A DNA stretch of 64,000 nt from Felis catus (taxonomy: Eukaryota). Under the pieces are notes generated by a model. It was given only the letters and a program-made list of their open reading frames with translations. It had not been told where the DNA came from and did not search any database. The position numbers and the translations under genes were made by a program. The stretch covers positions 4,712,001 to 4,776,000 of the forward strand of contig NC_058368.1 in the NCBI RefSeq assembly GCF_018350175.1. The letters are read 5' to 3'. Below, piece after piece: positions 10,933 to 23,400 of this stretch (within the stretch, counting starts at the first letter, position 1; each line of letters opens with the position of its first letter).

Positions 10933-13907
10933 TGCGTGTTCTCAGTCTCCCAGGCAACCCTAAGCAGTAGGAACTCATCTCCCACTTAGCCAGGAAAGCA
11001 AGACTCAGAGGTCAAGGCCGACCAGCTGCACACGGCAGAGTTCTCCTCTTCCCCATCCCCCTCTTCCTCTTCCCTCCCATTCCCTTTCTGTCCCCTCCTC
11101 TCCCACCCTCTCACTTCAGCCCATTTATCCGGTTTTCTCTCTTTCCTTATAAATTGAAGTATAAGTGACACAGAGTAAAGACATTTTTTTTCCATTCTTA
11201 ATTTCTTCCTAAAATAAAAATTGTCTTTTAAATCTCTGTTTCTTAGAGCTGGACAATAAACTGTTCACCGTGAAATAAAAAGATGGCAGCCTTAAAATAT
11301 TCCAGCAAAAATAAATTAAAAATGTTAAATGAGAGTACAGATAAAACAAAACCAAACAAAAAAGGGACACACTTTTATAGTTCATCTCTGTGCCCAGATC
11401 TAGATGGGGACACTTCCAGCACCTGAAGGAGTCCAGCTCTTTGTGTGTACATTTACTGTCTATGGAAAGGCCATTAAAGTCTTGGCGACATTCACATCAA
11501 AGCAAGGGCTTCTCGGGGTAAAGATTCTTCTGGAGCATTATTAGATTTTATCAGCAACGCTTTCTGTGACCGAGATGCAACTGAAATCAGAAAAGTGGTT
11601 GACCCAGCCAGGTGGTATTTAATTTGGACCTCAGCAGCTAATTTAAATTTAAATTCAATTCACCAAAAGTGATTTGCATGAAATCCTTCATAGGAGAACA
11701 TGGGTTCATAAAGGAAGTTGCCAGTGAAGGCCCACTCAATCTGTGCTTGATGGGACCTGTGACACAAGACAGGAGCCCTTTCTCCAGTCCCTGCCTATGT
11801 CTATGTGTAGAGGTGACCTAGGGAGGTCACATGGATGGTGACAGTCGCATGGTCACTACTATCCGTGGTGCGCTTTATGTGCTGTAACCACAAAGGCATA
11901 CCCAAAACCTGGGGCGATCTTTGCAGTCTTTTTAATGTCCTAAAGCTTCCTGAAAGTGCTGGGTAGAATATTAGATCTGCTTAAAACTGTATGGATGCCC
12001 TTTTTGTGGGGGTGGGGTGGGGATTGAACGTTTAAATTCCATCCGAGTCGTTAAATTAATCAAATTTGATTCTATCAACTCTTGTACTCTCGAATAAAGG
12101 GTTTTTTTAGGTGATTGGCTGGGACGTAGGTAAGGAAGGTGGCATGTTGATGTTGCAGAATAAAAATGTCAGTGGCAAGCGGTGGACATGCTGATGCAGA
12201 ATTTAGCTGAGAGGGAGTTTCGTTTCCAGTGTGTGTTTTTTTAATATAGCAGGATTACTTAAGGTCACTAAGATTAGAAAGGCTGCAAGAAACAGACCGA
12301 GTCATCACTGAAAAGTGCTGAAAACAGCCCTACTGAGAGTAACTCCTACTCACTTAATGATCAGAAGTGACAAAACAGACATGCCAAAGAAGGGTATAAC
12401 CTTTGTTATTTTTTCTCTACAAAAAGAATGAAATGGCACTTCTGGATGTTACAACTATGAACAAGGATGAAAATTCTCCATAACGGAATAGATATGCTTA
12501 AGTGTGGGCTCTTCTACGGGGAGATCTTGTCTCATTCCTCCTCTTATCCTTCCTCCCTTCCCCCTACACACAACACTCAAATCTCACCGGAGAACAGATG
12601 AACCCATTTCTCTGAGATGGTCACTACAGAGTGTCTCTGCAGAATACATGATCTCATATATAGAAAGCCCTAAAGACTCCACCAAAAGACTGTTAGAACT
12701 GATACACAAATTCCGTAAAGCAGCAGGGTACAAAATCAACATATATAAATTGTGTTTTTATATACTAACAACAAACTGTCTAAAAATAAAGAAAATAATC
12801 CCCATTCACAACAGCATCGAAAACAATAAAACACACAGGAATCCATTTAACCAAAGAGGTGAAAGACGTGTGGCCTGAAAACTGTAAAACGTTGATAAAA
12901 GAAATTGACGAAGACACAAATGAATGGAAAGATACCCCATGTTTGTGGATCATTAGAATTAATATTGTTAAAACGTCCACAGTACCCAAGCCAATTCAAC
13001 GCAATCCCTATCAAATTCTGACATATTTTACAGAAACAGAAAAAACAATCCTAAAATTAGTGTGGAGCCACACACGATGCATCCTGATTTCCAACAAATT
13101 TATGATAATCAAAACAGAATGGTACTGGCATAAAAACACACCAGTAGAACAGAATCAAGAGCCCAGAAATAAACCCATGCATATACAGTCAATGTTCGAC
13201 AAGGGAGCCAAGAATACTCCATGGGGAAGAGGTAATCTTCGACAAATACTGTTGGGAACACTGGATATCCATGGGCAAAAAAGAATGAAACTGGACCCCT
13301 ATCGTATCTCACTCACAGCAACTAAATTGTAATTGGTGAAAGACTCAACTGTAAGAGCTGAGCCATAAAATTCCTAGAAGAAAACAGAGGGAAAAAGCAC
13401 CTTGACATTGGTCTTCACGAGGATTTTCCAGATGGAACAGCTGTAGTGCAAGCAACAGAAGCAAAAATCCACAGGCGGTACTGGATCAAACTCAAAGGCC
13501 TCTGCACAGTGTAAGGAATAGTCAACAAGACCGAGAGGCCACCTATGGGATGGGGAAAATATTTGCAAACCCTGTATCTGATAAGGGGTTAATATCCAAA
13601 TCATACAATAGAAAAAACCACAAATAATCTGATAACAAAATGAGCAAGGGGCAACAATAGACATTTTCCCAAAGATATATGCATGGCCAACAGTTTCATG
13701 AAAAGGGGCCCAACAGCCCTTTTTGAAACCACAAGGAGATACTATCTCACACCTATTTGGATGGCTATTACAAAAAAACATGAGAGATTACAAATGCTGG
13801 TGAGGATGTGGAGAAAACGAAACCCTTGTGCGCTGTAAATGACAGCGTGAACTGGTGTAGCCACTATGGAAAACAGTACGGACATCCTTCAAAAAATGAG
13901 AAATAGA

Positions 13908-14126
13908 GGGGCGCCTGGGTGGCGCAGTCGGTTAAGCGTCCGACTTCAGCCAGGTCACGATCTCGCAGTCCGTGAGTTCGAGCCCCGTGTCGGGCTCTGG
14001 GCTGATGGCTCGGAGCCTGGAGCCTGTTTCCGATTCTGTGTCTCCCTCTCTCTCTGCCCCTACCCCGTTCATGCTCTGTCTCTCTCTGTCCCAAAAATAA
14101 ATAAACGTTGAAAAAAAAAATTAAAA
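13908..14126 (+). mobile_element. Young felid SINEC_Fc inside L1
   Basis: Near-consensus copy; perfect TSD aaaaaatgagaaataga. Confidence 0.97.
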
Positions 14127-14324
14127 AAAAAATGAGAAATAGAACCACCGTATGACCTTCTAATACCACTTGGGTATATCTCCGAAGGAAAAGAAGTCAC
14201 TGTTTCAGAGAGAGATCTGCAGAGGTTCACAGCGGCATTATTTACAATAGCCAAGGCAGAGAAATAACCTGTGTCCATTAACAGATAAGCAGATAAACGG
14301 ACACAGAAACTGTGAGATTACTCA

Positions 14325-14417
14325 TTTTTTTTTTGATCGTGGCCATACTAACAGGTGTGAGGTGATCCCTCACTGTGGTTTTGCTTTGCACTTCCCTGAT
14401 GATTAGTGATGATGAAC
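14325..14417 (-). mobile_element. Inverted LINE-1 ORF2 fragment inside the upstream L1
   Basis: Reverse complement matches 15102-15190. Confidence 0.85.
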
Positions 14418-15511
14418 CAAAGAAAAAGAAGCCACAGAAAGAAGAAAAACCTGCCATTTGTGACAACATAGATGGACCTTGAGGACATCACGTGAAGTGA
14501 AAGAAGTCAGACAAAGACAAATACTGTATGCTCTCACTTACAGGTGGATAAAAACAACTCATGGAAACAGAGAACAGATTGGTGGTTGCCAGTGGCAGGG
14601 AAGGGGGTGGGGGAATGGATAAAAATGTCAGAGTACAAACTCCTAGTTATAAGCTGAATAAGGTCTCAAGATCGAAAGTACAGCATGGTGACCGTAGGCA
14701 ATAATTCTGTATGGTATACTTGAAGATTACTATGACAGCAGATTTTAAAAGTTCTCAGCACACAAAAATGGTAACTATATGGTGAGGAATATGTCAACTA
14801 ACCTTACTGCAGTAATTGTTTTGCAATACATACCTATATCAAGCCACCACATTGTGCATCGTAAACTTGCACAAAATTGTTTGTCAATTATATCTCAGTA
14901 AAGCTGGGGGTGGGGAGGAAATTTCTGTGCAGCAACGGAAACAATATATAGAGAGAAAAAGGGTTAATGTCCAGAATATTTATGGGACTTCTACAACTCA
15001 ACGCTAAAAACCAAATAGCCCAACTAAAATATGGGCAGAGGACTTGAATAGATCTTTCTCTAAAGAAGACCAACGAATGGCCAACAAACATACAAAAAGA
15101 TGTTCAACATCACTAATCATCAGGGAAATGCAAATCAAAACCACAGTGAGATAGCACCTCACACCTGTTAGTATGGCCACTATAGAAAAAAATAATAATA
15201 AAACTCTGAAAATAACAAGTGCTAGGAAGTTGTGAAGAACCCGGAACCCTTGTACGCTCCCGGTGGGAATGCAAAATGGCACAGCCACCATGGAAAGCAG
15301 GGATTCCTCAACATACTCAAAATAGAATGGCCATATGATGTAGAATTCCCATCTCTGGGTATATATCTGAAGAGCCAAACAGGATCTCCACTCAAGTGTG
15401 CACTGTGGCATTATCCACAACAGCCAAGAGGTGGAAGCAGCCTGAATGCCCATCAACAGATGACCGGATCGATAAAATGTGTGCACACATACAACGGAAT
15501 ACGGGCCAGCC

Positions 15512-15547
<36 letters not shown>

Positions 15548-15789
15548 GCAGGAAATCCTGTTTATGCTACAACATGGATATTATCTTGGGGACATTATAC
15601 TAAATGGAATAAGTTAGTTGCAAAAAGACAAATAGAGTATGAGTCCACTTCACTGAGTTATCTAAAGTAGTCAGTTACAGAAACAAAATGGATGGAATGT
15701 GGTTACCAGAAGCTAAGGGTACAATGAAGGGAAATGAGGGTCGTTCAATGGATACAGTGTTTCAGTTTTACGAGACCAGAAAAGTCCGA

Positions 15790-15995
15790 GGGGCGCCCGG
15801 GTGGCTCAGTCAGTTAAGCGACCGACTTCGGCTCAGGTCCTGATCTCATGGTTCGTAGGTTCCAGCTCCACATCGGCCTCTGTGCTGACAGCTTGAGCCT
15901 GGAGCCTGCTTCGGATTCTGCGTCACCCTCTCTCTCTGCCCCTCTCCCAGGTGCACCCTGTCTCTCTCTGGCTCTCAAAAATAAATAATTGTTAA
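15790..15995 (+). mobile_element. Can-SINE (SINEC_Fc)
   Basis: Canonical head and body. Confidence 0.93.
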
Positions 15996-15999
15996 AAAA

Positions 16000-16210
16000 T
16001 TTTTTTTCAACGTTTATTTATTTTTGGGACAGAGAGAGACAGAGCATGAACGGGGGAGGGGCAGAGAGAGAGGGAGACGCAGAATCGGAAACAGGCTCCA
16101 GGCTCCGAGCCATCAGCCCAGAGCCTGACGCGGGGCTCGAACTCACGGGCCGCGAGATCGTGACCTGGCTGAAGTCGGACGCTCAACCGACTGCGCCACC
16201 CAGGCGCCCC
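16000..16210 (-). mobile_element. Young SINEC_Fc inserted in the tail of the previous SINE
   Basis: Near-consensus reverse copy; flanked by aaaaaatttttttt duplication. Confidence 0.96.
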
Positions 16211-16536
16211 AAAAAAATTTTTTTTAAAGCAAGACAAAAAATTCTAGAGATCTGTTGCAAGGCACTGTGGATATAGCTAGCACTACTGTGCTGTGCACTT
16301 GAAAATGGTTAAGATGGTAAATTTCATATTGCATGTCAAATAGATTACCTGAACACATAGCAGTATTAAACAAGATTAAACAAATAAACAAAAACCCAAG
16401 TTTAGCAAACCCCGGGTTAGCATTAAAACATGAAAAAATCAAGTATAGCAATGGTCACAGTACTCTCAAATTGAGAATAAACTACCTATCCAAGTGTACA
16501 GAATGTTCCAGGCACATCTGTATCAAGAAATGATAT

Positions 16537-17392
16537 GTGTAAGGAAGACCCCAATTCCTTCCCTACGCTCTACTACTATCATACATATGTCTTCCCTTTG
16601 GCCACCAGATGCCAGGGCTTTTTCCTCCACACTGACCAATTCTCCAACACCAGCGGGGTGTCTAATGATTCGCTTCTATCCCGAAGACTATCTATCTGGA
16701 GTTAGCACAGACCCTACAGATTAAGGGCTCTGTGCTAAGACTGAGTACCACAAGACTGCCCACCCCCACCCTGACTTCAAATGCCATGGCCAGGCCAGGC
16801 TGTCACCTGCACTTCTGACCAGCTATGTAGAAATGAGAGGTTCCTACAGCTTCTTTCTCAGGTTTGATAATCTGCCAGAATGACTCACAGAACTCAGGAA
16901 AGGTTCATTTACGGCACAACCAGTTGGTTTATAAAAAAAAAAACGAAACAAAAAAGAACTCAGAAAGAGCCAAATGGAAGAGTGGGGAAGGAGCGGAGTT
17001 TCCAAGGCTTCTCTGGGTGTGCCACCCTCCAGCACCCCCACCAGCTTGGATGTTCTCCAACCCCCATGCTCTCAGAGATTTTTTTTACGGAGGCTTTATT
17101 ATTCAGGCATGGTTGATACAATCAACAGCCATTGGTGATGAGCTCAATCTCTATTCCTTCTCTCCTCCCAGTTGTGGGGCTGAAAGTTCCAACCGTCTCA
17201 TCACAGGGTTGATTCCCCTGGCTACCAGCCTCTATCTCAAGGTGAGGTGGTTGAGGAGACCAGTCTCCAGTCATATCTCATTAGCATGCAAAAAGACAGT
17301 TAACCTTTGGGAGATTTCAAGGGTTTTAGGAGCTGTGTAATGGGAAAGGAGGGTGGGTCGAGACTAAACACATATTTATCATGTCAGAGTAT
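16537..17392 (-). mobile_element. MER21-like solo LTR
   Basis: actcacagaactcaggaaag, cacaagactgccc and gggttttaggagctgtg match MER21 in reverse; similar to 40372-41040. Confidence 0.75.
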
Positions 17393-17424
17393 TAAACTCA
17401 AGAGCATTTTTGAAAATTATATTT

Positions 17425-17426
<2 letters not shown>

Positions 17427-17470
<44 letters not shown>
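17427..17470 (+). repeat. (GT)22 microsatellite
   Basis: Direct reading. Confidence 0.97.
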
Positions 17471-17472
<2 letters not shown>

Positions 17473-19154
17473 AGAGAGACAGAGGAGGGGAGAAAAGGGG
17501 AATAGGTGACAAAAGGAAAAAAAGCAGAGTGGAGTCAAGACTGGAAGGAAAGCAATGGTAAGCATCAATAAGCAAAATCGTGTTGGATATTAATCGTGGG
17601 TCTTGACATTTTTCAAGACTTTATAATAGGGAAGTAATTTGACAGCCAAAAAACCCAAGGCGTTTTAAATTAAGAATTACACCGGATTAAACCTTCAGGG
17701 AATAGAAGGAAGCACTGGGAGGGGAAGTCCCTGTCACTGTCGGGCACCGGCCCATGGGCACAGCAACTGCACAGTGTGGGCACAGGAGCTCAGGACCCCA
17801 ACCTGAGGGAGAGGAGCCAAAGGGGCCAAGGCCACCGAAAGGACTGGAGGTGCCGAAAGTTACACTTAACCTGTCACACAGTTTCACCTGGATCCCCATA
17901 TGTATGTGAATTTCCCTTTAAGAGTATTCAGCAAGTTTTTACTGCACATGCCTTCTCATGATGGTCACATTTCCCATTAATGATGCTGTACTACTGTCGG
18001 TCACATAACTAGCCGTCTTCTCCTTCTCAACGCTGTAAAATCCAATGAAAATTGATGTCAAAAGAATGCATGAATGCATCACTGAAATTACTATCAAAAC
18101 ACTTGCTCAGAGAGGGAGGGAGGCTGGGATGAAAGCGTGTGGTAGACGTGAATCTTAACAACGAAGCTGGAAATTTTGGGCAGCCCGGTAAAGAGGACCT
18201 CAGGTGAAAAGAAAATCTGCCCTAATCTTGATACAGGTTTTTTTTTTTTTTTTTTGAACAGAAACTGAACTGGGGGACTAGAAAAATCAAAGATCTGGCC
18301 CCAACCTTGCTCCACATTAGTTCTGCGACTTTTGGCAAATAGTTTCGTCCCAGTTCTCAAAAGTGAGTATTAAGGAGGGTTGACTGGGATCAGTCATCTT
18401 AATGCGTCTTCAGCAGAACATTCTATCATTACGAGACGGAGAAATGTACAAAGTGACATGCTCCCTTGGAAATAGTCGGGAGAGAGGGTTGAGAACAAGG
18501 TCTCGGCGAGCACATTTCAAGACGCGTGAGCTATACAGAAGTAAATTAGTCTGAAAACTAAATGCACAAGCTGACAGCAGGAGAAAATGGAAAGTAATTT
18601 TTTTTTTCTCCTTTCTAGAGCTTCTTGGTACCTTGGAGCGAACATAGCGTAATCTTCTTAACTGTTAATGCAGTGGGGAATACGGGTGTCACTTAGTGAA
18701 GAGGTTCAGTAAGGAAATTTAAAGATCATAAATCATAAGGAATTATCTTGTCAGAGGCATAGTGCTCCGATCAGACACTCCTAGCTTCCTTTTTTAAAAG
18801 AAAACTTTTAAATTCTAAAATAAAACAGTGATAGAGAAAAGCATTACAAAATATGGCTTTATGAAGTGTTATAAGGTGAACATTTGTGGTCAACACCCAG
18901 CTCAACAAACAGAACTTTGCTGGCCTGCTGACCACACCAGAAACCCCTCACTGGGTCCTGTGCCCGTCACCCTCGGTTACCCTGATCTTTACAGGAATCA
19001 TTTATTTGCATTTCTTTGTGACTTTTTCTTCCACGTGTCCACTCACAGACACGATACTTTCATCTTGACAATTAAAAAATTTTTGAATCTGCAGGTTACT
19101 CCCCACCCCATTCTTTTCTTCTAATTTATTTGTTAAAAAACTCGAGTCACTTGA

Positions 19155-19364
19155 GGGGCGCCTGGGTGGTTCCGTCGGTTAAGCACGTGACTTTGGGTCA
19201 GGTCATGATCTCGCAGTTCGTGGGTTCAAGCCCCGCATGGGGTTCTGTGCCGACAGCTCAGAGTCTGGAGCCTGCTTGGGATTCTGTGTCCCCTCTCTCT
19301 CTGCCCCTCCCCTGCTCACGCTCTGTCTCTCTGTCTCTCAAAAATAATAAACGTTAAAAAAAAA
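19155..19364 (+). mobile_element. Can-SINE
   Basis: Canonical; degenerate TSD aaaaaact.g.gtca.ttga. Confidence 0.95.
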
Positions 19365-20052
19365 AAAAAACTTGGGTCATTTGACCTACAGAAATCCCCC
19401 GAATCTGGATTTTTCTGATTGCATATTCATGATGCTGGCAGCATATTACTCCATACTTTTTTTTTAACTTAAAATGTTATTTAACGTAACGCAACTTAAT
19501 TGAGTGTGGGAGACAAACGCACAGCAGGCCACATAATGTATATCCAAGAGGCAGCCTTGAAAATGCCACGCGGTAGAAAAGGTAAGGAAGGTGACAATAC
19601 AGCACGTTTAATCGAATACAGCATGTTTAATCAAAAGGCTTTTATGACATTTCATTCTAAACCATATGTGACTCGTCATCTCTGGAGGCTCTGGCAAAGA
19701 TTTAGTTCTTTCCATCGCCAGTCATTTAAAGCAGACACGGGTTTGCTTAGAATGAAGCTGATTCTAAGAGCACACCAAAACTGAACACAAGGAGTAAGAC
19801 TAAAGTCAGCAATCTAGAGTGATCAAAGAGTGAGCTACGAAGCAGGTGCCCTGGACAGAAGACTGACTGTCCCAAGTGGTTACTAACAGAGATGAAAGTC
19901 GCCATCCTTGCAAAAGCAAGCCGTTTAGTGTCCGAACGGTAGAGTAGAGCCTATTTTCATTCCTTGGACTCTGCTGCGTAACAAAGAACAACTAGCAGAC
20001 TTAAATGTAGAATTTAACAGGCAGCCTGCAACCACTTAAAAACACTTGCCTA

Positions 20053-20280
20053 GGGGCACCTGGGTGGCTCCACTGGCTGGGCAACCGACTTCGGGTCACG
20101 ATCTCACTGTTTGTGAGTTCAAGCCCCACATCGGGGTCCCTCGCTGTCAGCACACAGCCCACTTGGGATCCTGTCTCCCTATCTCTCTGCCCCTGCCCCC
20201 ACTTGTGCGCTCTGTCTCTCTCTCTTTTTCTCTCAAAAATAAGTAAACATTTAAATAAATATACATTAAAAAATAAAAAA
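20053..20280 (+). mobile_element. Can-SINE
   Basis: Head ggggcacctgggtggctc, CT tract, A-tail. Confidence 0.92.
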
Positions 20281-20462
20281 GTAGTATTGCCTATAATAGT
20301 GTGAATATAGGGTCACAATATTTATTTGGGATAAACCTCTTATGTACGTCATTTTAATAAACATTATTCATTCTTTTGAAATAGAAAGTATTTTAACTGA
20401 ATAACTGGTTACAGGTAATTTCTGTTAAGACACTATATACATCATTTCTAGTATGTTAAAAA

Positions 20463-20653
20463 ATTAATTTTTTAATGTTTTTTCTCCCAAGAGAGTGTGA
20501 GTGTGGGAGGGACAGAGAGGGGGGGCGGACAGAGGATCCGAAGCGGACCCCAAACTAAAAACACGCCTGATGTGGGACTGCAACTCAGGACCTGCGAGAA
20601 CATGACCCGAGCCCGAGTCCCACCCTCGACCGACTGCGCCACCGAGGCGCCCC
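20463..20653 (-). mobile_element. Can-SINE
   Basis: Ends gccaccgaggcgcccc; TSD tctagtatgtt. Confidence 0.9.
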
Positions 20654-20773
20654 TCTAGTATGTTGAAATTACTTTAACCTCCTGGTTTAATTGTTTTAAA
20701 CTCCTGGTCTCTCAGGAGGCTGTGATGTCTGCTTCCCACTCTGACGCTAGCCGAGGTTGACGCTGAATGTCTA

Positions 20774-20985
20774 CAGCGCTGTCTAACAAAACTTACAATG
20801 AAGGAAATGTTCACAGTGATCCACTGTCCACAACGGAAGCCAGGAGCACCTGTGGCTGTTGAACACTTGAAACGTGGCTAGTGTGACCGAGGAGCTAAAA
20901 TTCTAATTTTACTTAATTTTACTTAATTAAAATTTAGATTTAAATAGCCACAGGTGGTTAGTAACTACCCTATTGGACTGCACAG
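20774..20985 (+). mobile_element. MER3 (hAT-Charlie MITE)
   Basis: cagcgctgtc...cacttgaaacgtggctagtgtgaccgaggagc...tattggactgcacag. Confidence 0.88.
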
Positions 20986-21563
20986 GATACTGAAATTTCA
21001 CTGGAATTTGTACAACGGTGGTTGGCTTATCTTCATTTATTATACGAAGTGGTACAGTGTGATCTCTAGATCAAAGCAAGATAAATGCTTGTTTTTCTCC
21101 ACTCTTCACAGATTTTTCAGGATAATGAATTGGTTCCCCATTCTCCTCTATCGGTGACCATTTAGTTTTTTTTTTAAAGTATCATTGTGAGCTCATGGAT
21201 TTATATATGAGTTTCAACCAACTGCAATTAACATTCATTGTAAAATTCAAATTGTCCCATCTTTGTTCAGTGGGAACGTCCTCAAGCTGGCTCCAGAGTC
21301 CTTTTGACGTTGCCCTGGTAATCTGGGACAGCTTCGGGGCCACCCGAAATGAGAAGCTGTTCAGGGTCATCTTTTTACATTTCTTAACTCACACCTGGAG
21401 CAACCGTTCTTCCCAGAAGCTCCCATTTCTTTAAGAAGGAAAAGATATTTCAAGACCTCAGTGTGGATCCTAAGAATACTCTGTAACGGGCTTGGCCATT
21501 ATTTCTAGGCCACATCAGTGAACAGAATTAGGAACTGTTTTATCTTTAAAAGATGAGGTATCA

Positions 21564-21785
21564 GGGCGCCTGGGTGGCTCAGTTGGTTAAGCGTCTGACT
21601 TCACCTCAGGTCACGATCTCATGGTTCGTGGGTTCGAGCCCCGCATCGGGCTCTGTGCTGACAGCTCGGAGCCTGGAGCCTGCTTCGGATTCTGTGTCTC
21701 CCTCTCTCTCTGCCACTCCCCTGCTCATGCTCTGCCTCTCTCTCTGTCTCAAAAATAAATAAAACATTAAAAAAAATTTTTTTTT
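21564..21785 (+). mobile_element. Can-SINE (SINEC_Fc)
   Basis: TSD aaagatgaggtatc. Confidence 0.95.
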
Positions 21786-21864
21786 AAAGATGAGGTATCT
21801 CATGAGTTTGTATGAGTATTTCCAATTCAAATTTAGGACCACATGGTTTTTGTTTTGTTTTTCA

Positions 21865-23400
21865 AACGAATACTCATAGTCTCATAGATTTATGGCCAGT
21901 TAATTTTCAACAACAATGACAAGTCTATCTAATCAGGAAAGAATAGTCTTTTCAACAGATGGTGCTGGGAAAACTGGATTAACCACATGCAAAGGAATGA
22001 AGTTGGATACCTATCTCATACTATCTACAAAAATTATCTCAAATCATAGACCTAAACATACAAGCCTAAGCTATAAAACTCCTAGAAGAAAACGTAGGTG
22101 TAAATCTTTGTAACCTTGGATTAATTAGGCAATGGTTTCTTAGATATGGCACCTAAAGTACAATCAACAAAAGACAAACATAGATAAATTGGACTTCATC
22201 AAAATTAAAAACTCTTGTGCTTCAAGTAACACATCAAGAAAGTAAAAACAGAGCCCATGGAATGGGAGAAAATACTTGCAAATTATATGTATTGGATAAG
22301 GGACTAGTAATCAGAATACACAAAGAAGATCTACAACTCAATCATAAAAAGACAAATAACCCAGTTAAAAAATCGGCAAAGTTTTTGAATAGGTATTTGT
22401 CCAAAGAAGATATACAAATGGCTGATAAGCCTGTGAAAAGTCACTCAGTGGCATTACTCACTAGGGAACTGCAAATCAAGACCACAGCCAGATGTCACTT
22501 CACACCTGCTAGCATGACTATAATCAAAATGATGACAGAGCAAGTGTCTGCAAGGATGCTAAGAAGTTGGAATCCTCATACACTGCCAGTAGGAATGGAA
22601 AAGGGTACAAATGACTTGGGAAACAGTTTGCCAGCTCCTCAAAAAGTTACACAGGGAGTTTTTTTTTTTTTTAATTTTTTTTTCAACGTTTTTTTTTTTT
22701 TATTTATTTTTGGGACAGAGAGAGACAGAGCATGAACGGGGGAGGGGCAGAGAGAGAGGGAGACACAGAATCGGAAACAGGCTCCAGGCTCCGAGCCATC
22801 AGCCCAGAGCCTGACGCGGGGCTCGAACTCACGGACCGAGAGATCGTGACCTGGCTGAAGTCGGACGCTTAACCGACTGCGCCACCCAGGCGCCCCATAA
22901 AATTACACAGGGAGTTAACATACCATCCAGCAATTCCACTCTTAGGTATATACCCAATAGAACTGAAAATATATGCCTACCGAAAACTTGTAAACAAATG
23001 TTCATAGCATCATTACTAATAATTGCCCCAAAGGAGAAATAACCCAGATATCCACTAACAGATGCATGGATAAGCACAGTGTGATATACAATACAATAAT
23101 ATTATTTGGCCATAAAAAGGAATAAAGTGATATGGGTGAACCCTGAAAATATTATTCTAAGTGAAAGACACTAGTCACTAAAGGCCACATGTTGTAGGAG
23201 TCCATCTATATAAAATGCCCAGGATAGGCAAATCCAGAGAGACAAAACATATTAATGATTGCCAGGGCCTGGGCTGAGAAGGAGTGCAGAGTTACCGATG
23301 ACAGGTTTGGGTTTCCATTAGGGTGATGAAATGTCATGGGGTCGGACCTTGTGAATCTGCTAACACCACTGAATTGTACACTTAAAAAAGGGTAGGATGC
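21865..23400 (+). mobile_element. LINE-1 ORF2 3' part plus 3' UTR (L1MB-like)
   Basis: KGLVIRIHKEDLQLNHKKTNNPVKK...SKEDIQMADK ORF2-like; 3' end ccactgaattgtacacttaaaa. Confidence 0.9.
22659..22896 (-). mobile_element. Young SINEC_Fc inside L1
   Basis: TSD ttacacagggagtt. Confidence 0.97.

Larger units (their letters stand above)
12632..14918 (+). mobile_element. 5'-truncated LINE-1 (L1MA-like): ORF2 from the RT motif to the 3' UTR, decayed
   Basis: SAEYMISYIESPKDSTKRLLELI is a degenerate FADDMILY RT region; KEIDEDTNEWKDTPCLWI; 3' end gtcaattatatctcagtaaagctgg; frameshifts and stops. Confidence 0.92.
14920..16340 (+). mobile_element. Second LINE-1 3' fragment (L1MB-like), with an A32 run at 15514-15545
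   Basis: catcactaatcatcagggaaatgcaaatcaaaaccacagtgag; 3' end aaaatggttaagatggtaaatttcatatt. Confidence 0.88.
18790..21850 (-). mobile_element. Old LINE-1 3' UTR (L1MC4/5-like), interrupted by SINEs, MER3 and a unique insert
   Basis: tctggatttttctgattgcat at the left; caggaggc...gtctg and gataaatgcttg...aattgtcccatcttt at the right. Confidence 0.65.

Noticed and set aside
12504..13332. Reverse-transcriptase-like ORFs
   Set aside because: Frameshifted L1 ORF2 with a degenerate catalytic motif; dead retrotransposon, not a novel RT system
13866..14111. Recurrent GAPGWRSRLSVRLQPGHDL / GAWVAQSVKRPTSAQV ORFs across the window
   Set aside because: Translations of Can-SINEs, not a gene family
15232..15670. 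Poly-lysine ORFs
   Set aside because: Due to the A32 run inside L1
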